Both the position numbers and the translations under genes were made by a program. Under the pieces are notes generated by a model. It ran no database searches. It was not told where the DNA came from and saw only the letters and a list, made by a program, of their open reading frames with translations. Shown piece by piece: positions 1 through 10,669 of a DNA stretch of 64,000 nucleotides. This DNA comes from an uncultured Veillonella sp. (GTDB lineage Bacteria; Bacillota; Negativicutes; Veillonellales; Veillonellaceae): NCBI RefSeq assembly GCF_900538355.1, contig NZ_UPXS01000003.1. The stretch is one strand, 5' to 3'. Every line of letters begins with the position of its first letter. Within the stretch, counting starts at the first letter, position 1.

Positions 1-577
1 CTTTGGTGTACTATCAGGGATTATTCAGGCTCGTAAGTCTAATGCTGATGGTGTACGTTGTGCTATTCTCTTTGATAATGAAGAAGTAGGGAGTCGTACT
101 AAACAGGGCGGAGCAGGTATGCTTTTACCAAACCTTATTAAACGAGTATATGATGCATTAGGATATTCTAATCAAGAGATGGATAGTTTCATTTCAAAAG
201 GATTTATGATTTCCTCTGATGTAGCACATGGTTTACATCCAAACTATCCTGAAAAAAATGATATCACTAATATTCCTACACTTAATAAAGGGGTGGCTCT
301 TAAAATAGCATGTAGTCAATCCTATGCTGGCGATGCACGGGCCATTGCAATCGTTAAAGGCTTGTGTGACGAATCTAAGGCGAATTACCAAATTTATGTA
401 AATCGTTCTGATATACCTGGTGGATCTACAGTTGGGTCTATTTCATCTGCTATGTTACCGATGAGAACAATGGACGTGGGCTTACCATTATTAGCGATGC
501 ATTCTGCACGGGAATTAATGGGTGCCAATGATCAAGAACAACTCAATCGATTAATGAATCATTTCTTAGGTGATTAA
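1..577 (+). CDS. M18-family aminopeptidase, 3' portion (5' end lies outside the window)
   Basis: The frame is open from the window edge (codons start at position 2). The translation contains FDNEEVGSRTKQGGAG and a C-terminal region typical of M18 aspartyl aminopeptidases. It ends at TAA 575-577. Confidence 0.7.
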   Translation, partial: FGVLSGIIQARKSNADGVRCAILFDNEEVGSRTKQGGAGMLLPNLIKRVYDALGYSNQEMDSFISKGFMISSDVAHGLHPNYPEKNDITNIPTLNKGVALKIACSQSYAGDARAIAIVKGLCDESKANYQIYVNRSDIPGGSTVGSISSAMLPMRTMDVGLPLLAMHSARELMGANDQEQLNRLMNHFLGD

Positions 578-862
578 TAACGTAGGATATAGAATTAGTT
601 CGATGTACATCGATAAAAGACATATGAGTTTTTGTCATGTACAGCAAATAATGTATTTTATGATTTCGTAATTAATATAATCCTTTAAATATGTGGAAAA
701 TATTGTATAATAGTTATATATAATTATGAATATAATACTCATCATAAAAAATGATGAGCTATCCAAATATATTATTTTGACTATAAGTATAGGAAATATT
801 CATATATTAATAAAATTGAAAGCTGATAGTTCACATTAGTGGAAGCTAGTAGGAGGCAATAC

Positions 863-3800
863 ATGAGAAAAATTAAATCCGTATTGGTTGCCAACCGTGG
901 TGAGATCGCAATCCGCGTGTTCCGTGCATGTAATGAAATGGGTATTAAAACTGTAGCCATTTACTCCAAAGAGGATACATTATCCTTGCACCGTAACCAA
1001 GCTGACGAAGCCTATCTTGTAGGGGAAGGTAAAAAACCAGTTGAAGCATATCTTGATATTGAAGATATTATCCGTATTGCAAAAGAACATGATATTGATG
1101 CTATCCATCCAGGTTATGGTTTCTTGTCTGAAAACGAAGAGTTCGCTCGTCGTTGTGGTGAAGAAGGTATCATCTTTATCGGACCTCATGTAGAACATTT
1201 AAATATGTTCGGCGATAAGGTTAATGCTCGTGCACAAGCTAAATTGGCAGATATCCCAATGATTCCAGGTTCTGATGGGGCATTGCGTGATTTTGAACAA
1301 TTAGAAGAATTTGCAAATACTCATGGTTTCCCATTGATGATTAAAGCCGTAAATGGCGGCGGCGGCCGTGGTATGCGTGAGGTTCATCGTAAAGAAGAAC
1401 TTCGTGATGCATATGATCGCGCTAAATCTGAAGCGAAAGCTGCCTTTGGCGATGATGATGTATATGTAGAAAAACTTATTGTTGAACCTAAACATATTGA
1501 AGTACAAATCTTAGGTGATGAACATGGTAATGTAGTTCATTTACATGAACGTGATTGCTCTGTACAACGTCGTCACCAAAAGGTTGTTGAAATGGCTCCA
1601 GCTTTTGCATTGCCATTGGGAACTCGTAAAGCCGTATGTGATGCAGCCGTAAAAATTATGAAAAATGTTGGCTACGTTAATGCTGGTACTGTAGAATTCT
1701 TGGTAACTGCTGATGGCTCCTTCTATTTCATCGAAGTTAACCCTCGTATCCAAGTAGAACATACTGTAACAGAAATGATTACAGATATTGATATCGTTCA
1801 TTCTCAAATCCGTATTGCTGAAGGTTATGACTTACATAGCCCAGAAGTAGGCATTCCAGCACAAGATGAAGTTCCTTGTAAAGGTACTGCAATCCAATGT
1901 CGTATCACTACAGAAAATCCTAAAAATAACTTCATGCCTGATACAGGTAAAATCTTGGCATATCGTAGCTCCGGTGGCTTTGGTATCCGCTTAGACTCTG
2001 GTAATGCTTTCACAGGTGCCGTAGTAACACCTTACTATGATTCCTTGCTTGTAAAAGCGACTGCATTCGGTCCTAACAACGAAGAAACTATTCGTAAAAT
2101 GCTTCGTTGTTTAAAAGAATTCCGTATTCGTGGCGTTAAAACTAATATTCACTTCTTGATTAATGTTCTTGAAAATCCTGAATTCCAAAGCGGTAACTAC
2201 ACTGTTAACTTCATTGAAGACCATCCAGAATTGTTTGAATTAAAACCAGACCGCGATCGTGGTACTAAATTATTACGTTACATTGCTGACGTAACAATCA
2301 ATGGCTACTCTGGTGCAGGTCCTCAAGTGGTACCTGATTTTGAACCAATTCAAATGCCATCTGATTTAGATGTATCTCCAGCAGCTGGTACAAAACAAAA
2401 ATTTGATGAATTAGGACCAGAAGGCTTCAGTAAATGGTTATCTGATCAAAAACAAGTATTCTTTACAGATACAACATGGCGTGATGCTCACCAATCCTTA
2501 TTTGCTACACGTTTACGTACCATTGATATGGCACGCGTAGCTGGTCGTGCTGCAAAAGGTGTTCCTAACTTATTCTCCTTGGAATGTTGGGGCGGTGCTA
2601 CATTCGATGTATCTTATCGTTTCTTACATGAAGATCCATGGGAACGCTTACGTATGTTCCGTCGCGAAGTGCCTAATACATTACTTCAAATGCTTATTCG
2701 TGGCGCTAATGCTGTAGGTTACACATCTTATCCAGATAATGTAGTTCGTCAATTTATCCAACGTGCTGCTGCTAATGGTATTGATGTATTCCGTGTATTC
2801 GATAGCTTAAATAGCCTTGATAATATGCATGTAGCTATTGATGAAGTTCGTGCACAAAACAAAATTGCTGAAGTAGCATTGTGCTATACAGGGGATATTC
2901 TTGATAGCAACCGTCCTAAATACAATTTAGACTACTATGTAAATATGGCTAAAGAGCTTGAAAAAGCGGGTGCTAATATTATTGCTATCAAAGATATGGC
3001 TGGTTTATTGAAACCTCAAGCTGCTTATAATCTTGTATCTGCCTTAAAAGATGCTGTAACTGTACCGATTCATTTACATACACATGAAGGTTCTGGTAAT
3101 GCTATCTATTCCTATGGTCGCGCTGTAGATGCTGGCGTAGACGTTATCGACTTAGCATACTCTGCATTTGCTAATGGTACATCTCAACCTAGCATGAACT
3201 CCATGTACTATGCATTGAGTGGTCATGACCGTCAACCTGAAATGAACATTGATTACATGGAAGAAATGTCTCATTACTTTGGCAGCATTCGTCCTTACTA
3301 CAAAGGTGTAGATAAAGCAGAAGCATATCCTAACACTGAAGTATATCAACATGAAATGCCAGGTGGTCAATATTCCAACTTGCAACAACAAGCTAAGATG
3401 GTAGGCCTTGGTGATCGTTGGGCTGATATTAAGAAAATGTACCACCAAGTAAATATGATGTTTGGTGATATCATTAAAGTAACACCTTCCTCTAAAGTTG
3501 TAGGCGACATGACATTGTACATGGTACAAAACAACTTGACTGAAAAAGATATTTACGAAAAAGGTGATGTATTAGACTTCCCTCAATCCGTAGTTGAATT
3601 CTTTGAAGGTCGTCTTGGCACTCCATACCAAGGATTCCCTGAAGAGTTACAAAAAATTATCTTGAAAGGTGCCAAACCAATCACAGTTCGTCCAGGTGCA
3701 GTATTGCCTCCAACAGACTTTGAACATGTTCGCAATGAATTGAGTGAAATGGGTGCTCAAACAACTGATGAAGATATCAGTGCATACTGCTTGTACCCTA

Positions 3801-4309
3801 AGGTTTACCAAGATTACAATAAATTTGTAAAAGACTTTGGTAATGTATCTGTACTTGATACTCCAACATTCTTCTTCGGTATGAAACGGGGCGAAGAAAT
3901 TCAAGTAACTATCGAAAAAGGTAAAACACTTATCATCAAAATGAACGGCTTATCTGAACCAGATGAAGATGGTAATCGTATCGTATTGTTCGAGTTCAAT
4001 GGTCAACCTCGTGGTATTAAAGTTCATGATAAACATGCTAAGACTACTGGCGTTGTTCGTCGTAAAGCGGATGAATCTAACCCTGGTGAAATTGGTGCTA
4101 CATTGTCTGGTTCCGTTGTTAAGATTCTCGTTAAAAATGGTCAATCTGTAGTTAAAGGTGAGCCATTGATCGTTACAGAAGCGATGAAGATGGAAACTAC
4201 AATTACTGCTCCTATCGATGGTATCGTAGAAGAAATCCTAGTTCGTGAAGGTAGCCGCATCGAATCTGGCGACTGCTTGCTTCGCGTTGAAGATGCTCCT
4301 AAACGATAG
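863..4309 (+). CDS. pyc: pyruvate carboxylase (biotin carboxylase + carboxyltransferase + biotinyl domain)
   Basis: About 1148 aa with an ATP-grasp BC domain (VANRGEIAIRVFRA), a PYC carboxyltransferase TIM barrel, and a C-terminal biotinyl motif EAMKME. Start ATG 863 is preferred over the ORF-track GTG 839 because AGGAGG sits 7 nt upstream and MRKIKSVLVANRGEIA is the canonical N-terminus. Confidence 0.93.
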   Translation: MRKIKSVLVANRGEIAIRVFRACNEMGIKTVAIYSKEDTLSLHRNQADEAYLVGEGKKPVEAYLDIEDIIRIAKEHDIDAIHPGYGFLSENEEFARRCGEEGIIFIGPHVEHLNMFGDKVNARAQAKLADIPMIPGSDGALRDFEQLEEFANTHGFPLMIKAVNGGGGRGMREVHRKEELRDAYDRAKSEAKAAFGDDDVYVEKLIVEPKHIEVQILGDEHGNVVHLHERDCSVQRRHQKVVEMAPAFALPLGTRKAVCDAAVKIMKNVGYVNAGTVEFLVTADGSFYFIEVNPRIQVEHTVTEMITDIDIVHSQIRIAEGYDLHSPEVGIPAQDEVPCKGTAIQCRITTENPKNNFMPDTGKILAYRSSGGFGIRLDSGNAFTGAVVTPYYDSLLVKATAFGPNNEETIRKMLRCLKEFRIRGVKTNIHFLINVLENPEFQSGNYTVNFIEDHPELFELKPDRDRGTKLLRYIADVTINGYSGAGPQVVPDFEPIQMPSDLDVSPAAGTKQKFDELGPEGFSKWLSDQKQVFFTDTTWRDAHQSLFATRLRTIDMARVAGRAAKGVPNLFSLECWGGATFDVSYRFLHEDPWERLRMFRREVPNTLLQMLIRGANAVGYTSYPDNVVRQFIQRAAANGIDVFRVFDSLNSLDNMHVAIDEVRAQNKIAEVALCYTGDILDSNRPKYNLDYYVNMAKELEKAGANIIAIKDMAGLLKPQAAYNLVSALKDAVTVPIHLHTHEGSGNAIYSYGRAVDAGVDVIDLAYSAFANGTSQPSMNSMYYALSGHDRQPEMNIDYMEEMSHYFGSIRPYYKGVDKAEAYPNTEVYQHEMPGGQYSNLQQQAKMVGLGDRWADIKKMYHQVNMMFGDIIKVTPSSKVVGDMTLYMVQNNLTEKDIYEKGDVLDFPQSVVEFFEGRLGTPYQGFPEELQKIILKGAKPITVRPGAVLPPTDFEHVRNELSEMGAQTTDEDISAYCLYPKVYQDYNKFVKDFGNVSVLDTPTFFFGMKRGEEIQVTIEKGKTLIIKMNGLSEPDEDGNRIVLFEFNGQPRGIKVHDKHAKTTGVVRRKADESNPGEIGATLSGSVVKILVKNGQSVVKGEPLIVTEAMKMETTITAPIDGIVEEILVREGSRIESGDCLLRVEDAPKR

Positions 4310-4384
4310 TTAGAATAGTAGATAAAATTAAAAATATTATTTCTAAAGTATTTCATAACATAAAATGCTCTAGAATAATGGAAG

Positions 4385-4419
4385 AATCCCTAGGAAATCC
4401 TAGGGATTCTTTGTATTTT
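4385..4419 (+). terminator. rho-independent terminator after pyc
   Basis: Stem gaatccctagg/cctagggattc with loop aaat, followed by tttgtatttt. Confidence 0.7.
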
Positions 4420-4507
4420 AAAGGCTTTCATGGTACTATATATAGTAGAGAAAATGGGCGTATTATGCACTATTTTAGAGTGATTATTAAAAAAGGAGTA
4501 GTAACAG

Positions 4508-4984
4508 ATGAGATGTCCTTATTGCCAACACACAGACACGAAGGTAACAGACTCTAGAACGACTGATGAAGGTAATAGTATTCGCCGTCGCCGCGAATGT
4601 ATCAATTGTGGCCGTCGCTTTACTACCTATGAAATTATAGAAGAAGTACCACTTATGGTATTAAAGAAAAACGGACGTCGTGAATTATTTGATCGCGGTA
4701 AATTATTAAATGGTCTATTGCGCTCTTGTGATAAACGTACCGTACCAATGTCTGTGATGGAACAAGTAGTGAATGATGTAGAGCGCGATATTCGTAATGA
4801 AATCAACCAAGAGGTAACTACTGATCGTATAGGTGAACTTGTATTGCAACAATTAAAAGATATCGACCAAGTTGCATATGTTCGCTTTGCCAGCGTATAT
4901 CGTAAGTTTGATAATATTGATAGCTTTATGGAAGAACTGAAAGCATTAAAAAAACTAGATGCTAAAAAACCAAAACGTAGTTAA
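4508..4984 (+). CDS. nrdR: transcriptional repressor NrdR
   Basis: The N-terminus MRCPYCQ...CINCGRRFTTYE is the NrdR zinc ribbon, followed by an ATP-cone domain. GGAG RBS upstream. Confidence 0.93.
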   Translation: MRCPYCQHTDTKVTDSRTTDEGNSIRRRRECINCGRRFTTYEIIEEVPLMVLKKNGRRELFDRGKLLNGLLRSCDKRTVPMSVMEQVVNDVERDIRNEINQEVTTDRIGELVLQQLKDIDQVAYVRFASVYRKFDNIDSFMEELKALKKLDAKKPKRS

Positions 4985-5009
4985 TTACTAATAGTATATG
5001 TGAGGCTTT

Positions 5010-5936
5010 ATGATAGATTTACACTGCGATACGATTATGAAGTTTATAGATTATCCTAGTAATGGAGATTTGTATCGTAATACTTGGAAAATCGATATAG
5101 AAAAATTACAAAAGGCTCACAGCAAGGTGCAGGATTTTGCATTATTTATCAATCTTGGTGATACAAATGACCCTTATGGTCGTTATGAAGCGATGCGTAA
5201 TTTATGTACATCACAAATTCATCACTATGGAGAGCACATTCAGCATGTGCTCTCTTATCAAGATGTAGAGTCTGTATATGAGACTGGTAAGATTGGAGCT
5301 CTCATGTCTATTGAAGAGGGCGGCGTACTAGGTGGTGACTTAGATAAACTTAAACAAGCTTATCAAGATGGGGTTCGACTTATTACGCTTACCTGGAATT
5401 ATCCAAATGGACTGGGTGAGCCACATTGTGGTGAGCAGCATAAAAAATTAACACCGAAAGGCGTTGAATTTGTAGAGGCTATGCAAGATTTAGGGATAAT
5501 CGTCGATTGTTCTCATCTAAATGATGCTGGTACTGAGCAACTAGGAGATATTTTAGATGTACCATTTGTAGCATCACACTCCAATGCACGTGAAGTTACA
5601 GCCCATACTAGAAATCTACCAGATAATTTGATTAAGCTTATTGCTAATAAGGGTGGTGTTATAGGCCTAAACTTTGCCCAATCTTTTTTAGGCACATCAC
5701 CAATAAGTCGAATTGAAGATATCGTAAAGCACGGCTTATATCTCATCAATAAAGGCGGGGAGGATGTTGTGGCATTAGGAACCGACTTTGATGGTATTAA
5801 GCCGGATACAGAAATTAAAGACACTTCTGAAATGTATCGATTATACGATGCATTTAAAGAAGCTGGTTTATCTGTGGAACAATGTGAAAAATTATTCTGG
5901 AAAAATGCAGATAGACTGTTAAAGGAGATTTTATAA
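5010..5936 (+). CDS. membrane dipeptidase (M19 family)
   Basis: 308 aa. MIDLHCDT N-terminus and HSNAR motifs characteristic of renal-dipeptidase-like M19 peptidases. Confidence 0.8.
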   Translation: MIDLHCDTIMKFIDYPSNGDLYRNTWKIDIEKLQKAHSKVQDFALFINLGDTNDPYGRYEAMRNLCTSQIHHYGEHIQHVLSYQDVESVYETGKIGALMSIEEGGVLGGDLDKLKQAYQDGVRLITLTWNYPNGLGEPHCGEQHKKLTPKGVEFVEAMQDLGIIVDCSHLNDAGTEQLGDILDVPFVASHSNAREVTAHTRNLPDNLIKLIANKGGVIGLNFAQSFLGTSPISRIEDIVKHGLYLINKGGEDVVALGTDFDGIKPDTEIKDTSEMYRLYDAFKEAGLSVEQCEKLFWKNADRLLKEIL

Positions 5937-6505
5937 TGACTGATTTAAATCCAATCATTGCAGATCGTTTTACGGAGCATTTGGAAGTCTTTGGAAAGAC
6001 AATGGAGCATATGAATACCATTCAAGAGATTGCATATCGCTGTAAGGCGGCTTTAGAGAATGGCAATAAAATTTTGTTCTGTGGTAATGGCGGTTCTGCT
6101 GCTGATTCTCAACATTTAGCAGCTGAATTGATTTGTCGCTTTAAAAAGGAACGACGCTCTCTTGCAGGTATTGCATTGACTACTGATACATCTGCATTAA
6201 CAGCTATTGCAAATGACTATGATTTTGAATCTGTTTTTGCACGTCAAGTAGAGGGCTTAGGCCGTACAGGTGACGTTCTCATTGGGATTTCTACATCTGG
6301 GAACTCCAAGAACGTTGTAAAAGCTGTAGAAATGGCCCGTTCTATCGGCATGCACACCATAGCTTTCACAGGTGAAGGCGGTGGAAAACTAGCTGAATTA
6401 TGTGATATTACATTAGCTATTCCGAGCAATGTGACAGCTCGTATTCAAGAAATGCACATTCTGGCAGGTCATATAATGTGCGAAATCATTGAAGAAGATT
6501 ATTAA
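5936..6505 (+). CDS. gmhA: D-sedoheptulose-7-phosphate isomerase (SIS domain)
   Basis: 189 aa SIS-domain protein (CGNGGSAADSQHLAAEL). Translationally coupled to the upstream gene and followed by hldE, hldD and gmhB. Confidence 0.85.
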   Translation: MTDLNPIIADRFTEHLEVFGKTMEHMNTIQEIAYRCKAALENGNKILFCGNGGSAADSQHLAAELICRFKKERRSLAGIALTTDTSALTAIANDYDFESVFARQVEGLGRTGDVLIGISTSGNSKNVVKAVEMARSIGMHTIAFTGEGGGKLAELCDITLAIPSNVTARIQEMHILAGHIMCEIIEEDY

Positions 6506-6601
6506 CCGTTACGGTTATATTTATAAATAGATACATGTTTGAAACCCGGTTTTTTAGATAACTCGTTATACATGTATATTGTGGTAAGGAATAGGTGGAT
6601 T

Positions 6602-8080
6602 ATGATAAATGCTACCATTAATCAATTTTTGACAAAACAACTACCCAATCTAAAGATTGCCGTTATAGGTGATGTGATGGTAGATCGTTATGTTTTTGGT
6701 GATGTAAGTCGTATTTCTCCGGAAGCACCGGTTCCTGTAAACCGCGTGGCAAAGATGAAAGAAGTGCTTGGCGGCGCTGGTAATGTTGCGTCAAACTTAT
6801 CAAATTTAGATTGCACAGTATATCTTGGTGCTATTGCCGGTAATGATGACCATGGTCGTTTATTACAACAATTGCTAAAGGCTGATAAGATTGATACAAC
6901 AGGTTTATTAACGAGTGATAATCGTTCTACCATTACTAAAATGCGTATCCTAGGCGATCGCCAACAGATGATGCGCCTTGATTTTGAAACGATTACAGAT
7001 TTAACAAGTGAGGAAGAGAAACGACTGTCTGCTTGGCTAGAAAATCTATGTAAGGCTGGTATCGATGGTATTGTTGTATCTGATTATGGCAAAGGCGTTT
7101 GTACACCAACATTGCTTAAAAAAATCTTTAGTCTAGCTAAGGAGTATGGTGTACAAACCATTGTTGATCCTAAAGGTTCAGACTGGTCTAAATATAATGG
7201 TGCAACTTGCATTACACCGAATGTAAAAGAACTAGGTGAATGTGTAGGTCATAAGTTAGCTAACGATGATGCCACCATCGTAGAGGCAGCTAAGTCAGTA
7301 CTGGCTAATGTTGATTTAGAATATATTGTAGCTACACGGTCAGCAAAAGGGATTACTGTAATTGCAAAGGATGGACGCACATGGCATAATCCGGCTACAC
7401 AACAAGAGGTATTCGATGTAAGTGGTGCAGGCGATACGGTTGTATCTATGATGATGACATGCCTTGCTAGCGGTCTATCTATGCGTTTGGCATTACATAT
7501 CGCAAATGGTGCTGCTGGTATTGTCGTATCTAAGGTGGGCACATATCCAATCCACCGATCTGAACTATTGGATTTATGGCATTCTTATAAGCATAGTGTT
7601 CAATCTAAACCTTTATACACAAAAGAAGAGATGAAGCAGCTTATTGCACAATGGCAAAACAAAGGTGAAACTGTTGTGTTTACTAATGGTTGTTTTGATA
7701 TTCTTCATCGCGGACATATTACGTATTTACAAGAGGCGGCTCAGTTAGGCGACCATTTAATTATTGGATTAAATTCCGATGCTTCGGTTAGACGCCTAAA
7801 AGGGGAAACTCGTCCTATCGTTAGTGAAGAGGATCGAGCTGCTCTATTGAGTGCCTTGCAGTGTATCGATGGGGTTGTATTATTTGAAGAAGATACTCCA
7901 GCTGAGTTATTAGCGTACTTACGTCCTAATACGCTTGTTAAGGGCGGCGATTATAAGATTGAAGATATTATCGGACGGGAGTCCGTTGACAATGTAGAGG
8001 TACTTTCATTTAAAGAAGGTTATTCTACATCTGATATTGTAGGGAAAATAGCCACTATGGCTAAGGAGGGCAAATTATGA
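6602..8080 (+). CDS. hldE: bifunctional D-beta-D-heptose 7-phosphate kinase / heptose 1-phosphate adenylyltransferase
   Basis: N-terminal ribokinase-like PfkB domain (GAGD motif) plus a C-terminal cytidylyltransferase domain (FTNGCFDILHRGH). Start ATG 6602 with GGTGG RBS is chosen over the ORF-track ATG 6539. Confidence 0.88.
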   Translation: MINATINQFLTKQLPNLKIAVIGDVMVDRYVFGDVSRISPEAPVPVNRVAKMKEVLGGAGNVASNLSNLDCTVYLGAIAGNDDHGRLLQQLLKADKIDTTGLLTSDNRSTITKMRILGDRQQMMRLDFETITDLTSEEEKRLSAWLENLCKAGIDGIVVSDYGKGVCTPTLLKKIFSLAKEYGVQTIVDPKGSDWSKYNGATCITPNVKELGECVGHKLANDDATIVEAAKSVLANVDLEYIVATRSAKGITVIAKDGRTWHNPATQQEVFDVSGAGDTVVSMMMTCLASGLSMRLALHIANGAAGIVVSKVGTYPIHRSELLDLWHSYKHSVQSKPLYTKEEMKQLIAQWQNKGETVVFTNGCFDILHRGHITYLQEAAQLGDHLIIGLNSDASVRRLKGETRPIVSEEDRAALLSALQCIDGVVLFEEDTPAELLAYLRPNTLVKGGDYKIEDIIGRESVDNVEVLSFKEGYSTSDIVGKIATMAKEGKL

Positions 8081-9042
8081 TTATCGTAACAGGTGGTGCT
8101 GGTTTTATCGGCAGTAATATTGTGAAAGCACTTAATGACCGCGGTCGTACAGATATTCTCATCGTTGATGATCTTACAGATGGTCGCAAAATTCGCAATA
8201 TTCAAAATCTAGAGTTTTTAGATTACATCGATTGTGATGATTTTGATTGTGCTATCGCTGATGGTACATTCGACGTTGGCCCTATTGAAGTGGTATTCCA
8301 CGAAGGTGCTTGTGCAGACACAATGGAATATAATGGCAAATACATGATGAAGAACAACTATGAAGGTTCTAAAAATCTATTCCATTATTGCCAAGACCGT
8401 CGCATTCCATTTATCTATGCATCCTCTGCATCTACCTATGGTAATGGTACAAATGGTTTCGTAGAAAAACCAGAAGCTGAAGAAGCCCTCAATCCGTATG
8501 CGTATTCTAAATTGTTATTCGACCGTTATGTGCGTAAATATGAAGGTGAATATACAGCTCAAGTAGTAGGCTTACGCTACTTTAACGTATATGGTCCTAA
8601 CGAAGCCCATAAAGATAAAATGGCATCTTTAGTTCGTCAAATGTTCTATAAAAATAAAGAAACTGGTGTTATTAACCTCTTTGAAGGTACAGATGGCTAC
8701 GAAGATGGCGGTCAAACTCGTGACTTTATTTATGTAAAAGACGTAGTTAATGTAAACTTCTACTTCTGGGAGCATCCAGAAATTTCTGGTACTTTTAACT
8801 GTGGTACAGGTAATGCTCATAGCTTTAATCAATTCATGCAAGCTGTTATCGACTATAACGGCCACGGCAAAATTGAATACGTGCCATTCCCAGAGGTATT
8901 AAAAGGCAAATACCAAAGCTTTACAGAGGCTGATACTACTAAATTATTGGCTGCTGGCTATGATAAAGGATTCCACAAAATGGAAGACGCTGTTAAGGAA
9001 TATTGTGAACTACTCGATAATAACGAAGGGTATTTACGTTAA
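8077..9042 (+). CDS. hldD: ADP-L-glycero-D-manno-heptose 6-epimerase
   Basis: NAD-binding Rossmann fold TGGAGFIGSN with YxxxK epimerase signature. 321 aa. Overlaps the hldE stop by 4 nt. Confidence 0.88.
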   Translation: MIIVTGGAGFIGSNIVKALNDRGRTDILIVDDLTDGRKIRNIQNLEFLDYIDCDDFDCAIADGTFDVGPIEVVFHEGACADTMEYNGKYMMKNNYEGSKNLFHYCQDRRIPFIYASSASTYGNGTNGFVEKPEAEEALNPYAYSKLLFDRYVRKYEGEYTAQVVGLRYFNVYGPNEAHKDKMASLVRQMFYKNKETGVINLFEGTDGYEDGGQTRDFIYVKDVVNVNFYFWEHPEISGTFNCGTGNAHSFNQFMQAVIDYNGHGKIEYVPFPEVLKGKYQSFTEADTTKLLAAGYDKGFHKMEDAVKEYCELLDNNEGYLR

Positions 9043-9536
9043 TGCGCAAAGTATTATTTTTAGATCGCGATGGTGTTATTAACAAAGATGTTAGCTATCT
9101 ATATAAAATCAGTGATTTAGAGTGGGTAGACGGTGCAAAAGAGGCCTTAGCTTATGCTTATAGTAAAGGGTATGACCTCATTGTGGTGACTAACCAAAGC
9201 GGTGTAGCTCGTGGCTATTATAAAGAGTCTGATGTAAAGATTCTTCATGACCATATGGCTCATGAACTAGACCGCAGTGGGGCGCCAATTTTACACTTCT
9301 ATTATTGCCCTCACCATAAAGAAGGCTCTGTACCTCTTTATGCTGTCGATTGTGAATGTAGAAAACCTAAGCCTGGCATGATTAAGCAAGCTATTAAGGA
9401 TTATGATGTAGATCCTAAATCTAGTTTTCTTATTGGCGATAGTCAGCGCGATGTTGATGCAGCTGAGGCAGCAGGTGTAAAAGGTTATCTCTTTACAGGT
9501 ACTAACCTATTAGATTTTATTAAAACTATCATTTAA
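9042..9536 (+). CDS. gmhB: D,D-heptose 1,7-bisphosphate phosphatase (HAD)
   Basis: LFLDRDGVIN HAD motif I. 164 aa. Lies in the heptose operon. Confidence 0.8.
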   Translation: MRKVLFLDRDGVINKDVSYLYKISDLEWVDGAKEALAYAYSKGYDLIVVTNQSGVARGYYKESDVKILHDHMAHELDRSGAPILHFYYCPHHKEGSVPLYAVDCECRKPKPGMIKQAIKDYDVDPKSSFLIGDSQRDVDAAEAAGVKGYLFTGTNLLDFIKTII

Positions 9537-9649
9537 TCTAGTATTTAATATACTAATCTACTATTTATATTGTTTTTGCTTAACATATAAGGCTTATTTA
9601 AAGAAAATATAAGGTTGCTTAAGTTGTTGTGTTGTATTTGGGAGGCTAT

Positions 9650-10669
9650 ATGAAAGACTACAAGAATATACTCATCATAAAGATGAGCTCATTAGGCGAT
9701 GTAATTCATGCATTGCCTACCTTGTATGCTGTGCGTAAGAATTGGCCTAATGCGCATATTACCTGGGCCATTCATGAACAATTCGCTAGCCTCTTACCAG
9801 GTACACCTTGGGTTGATGATGTGATTATCATCGACAAGAAACAACTTAAAAAGCCTTATTACTTATATCAATTGCGTAAGGATTTACATAGTCGTCATTT
9901 TGATATGACTTTAGACCTTCAATGTATTGCTAAAAGTGCCATTGTATCATTATTATCTGGTGCGCCTGAAAAATATGGCTACTGGGAACTTCGTGAAGGC
10001 AGTAATTTAGTTAATAAAGCACTTGTTGGTGAACATAAATACGACCATGTCATCGAACGATACCTCGATACCGTACGTGTCCTTGGGGGCGATGTAGAAG
10101 GCGTAGAGTTTCCTATGCCTGCTTATGTGGAGGCGGAGAAGTCCGTTAAGCATAAGTTACAATCTTATGGTGTAGAAGATGAATATGTAGTAGTAGTACC
10201 AGGTGCTCGTTGGATTGTTAAGGAGTGGCCACTTCTTAACTTTGGTGAGCTATGTATCCGCTTATGTGAATCTGGAAAAAAAGTCGTTATTGCTGGTGCC
10301 CCTGATGATGCAGAAAAAGGAGCTTTTATAGAAAACTATGTAAAGCATAAGAATCTCATCAATTTGGTAGGATCTACGTCCATGCCAGAGCTCATTGAGT
10401 TGATTCGACACTGTGAAATTTTCATCAGTGCTGATACGGGTCCTTTGCATATTGCTAATGCTCTGAAGCGGCCTTTGATTGCATTATTTGGAACCACATC
10501 TCCAAAGCGAACTGGTCCATATGGAGGGAGTCATGTACATCTCATTATTTCCCCGACTTCGAAGGCTACACCTGAGCAACCTCTGGTAGATGATCCAGAT
10601 TGTATGGCTCAAATCCCTGTAGATGCAGTATGGTCTGTGTATGAACAAGTACTTGGAAAGGAACTATAA
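9650..10669 (+). CDS. LPS heptosyltransferase (GT9 family, WaaC/WaaF-like)
   Basis: GT9 glycosyltransferase signature (MSSLGDVIHALP N-terminus, C-terminal DTGPLHIA). Start ATG 9650 has GGGAGG 5 nt upstream. Confidence 0.8.
   Translation: MKDYKNILIIKMSSLGDVIHALPTLYAVRKNWPNAHITWAIHEQFASLLPGTPWVDDVIIIDKKQLKKPYYLYQLRKDLHSRHFDMTLDLQCIAKSAIVSLLSGAPEKYGYWELREGSNLVNKALVGEHKYDHVIERYLDTVRVLGGDVEGVEFPMPAYVEAEKSVKHKLQSYGVEDEYVVVVPGARWIVKEWPLLNFGELCIRLCESGKKVVIAGAPDDAEKGAFIENYVKHKNLINLVGSTSMPELIELIRHCEIFISADTGPLHIANALKRPLIALFGTTSPKRTGPYGGSHVHLIISPTSKATPEQPLVDDPDCMAQIPVDAVWSVYEQVLGKEL

Noticed and set aside
839-862. N-terminal extensions suggested by the ORF track for pyc (839), hldE (6539), rimP (31428), secA (48381), ctpA (60472) and rpsT (26328)
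   Set aside because: In each case an internal start has a correctly spaced SD and reproduces the conserved family N-terminus. The upstream extensions lack an RBS or overlap the SD.
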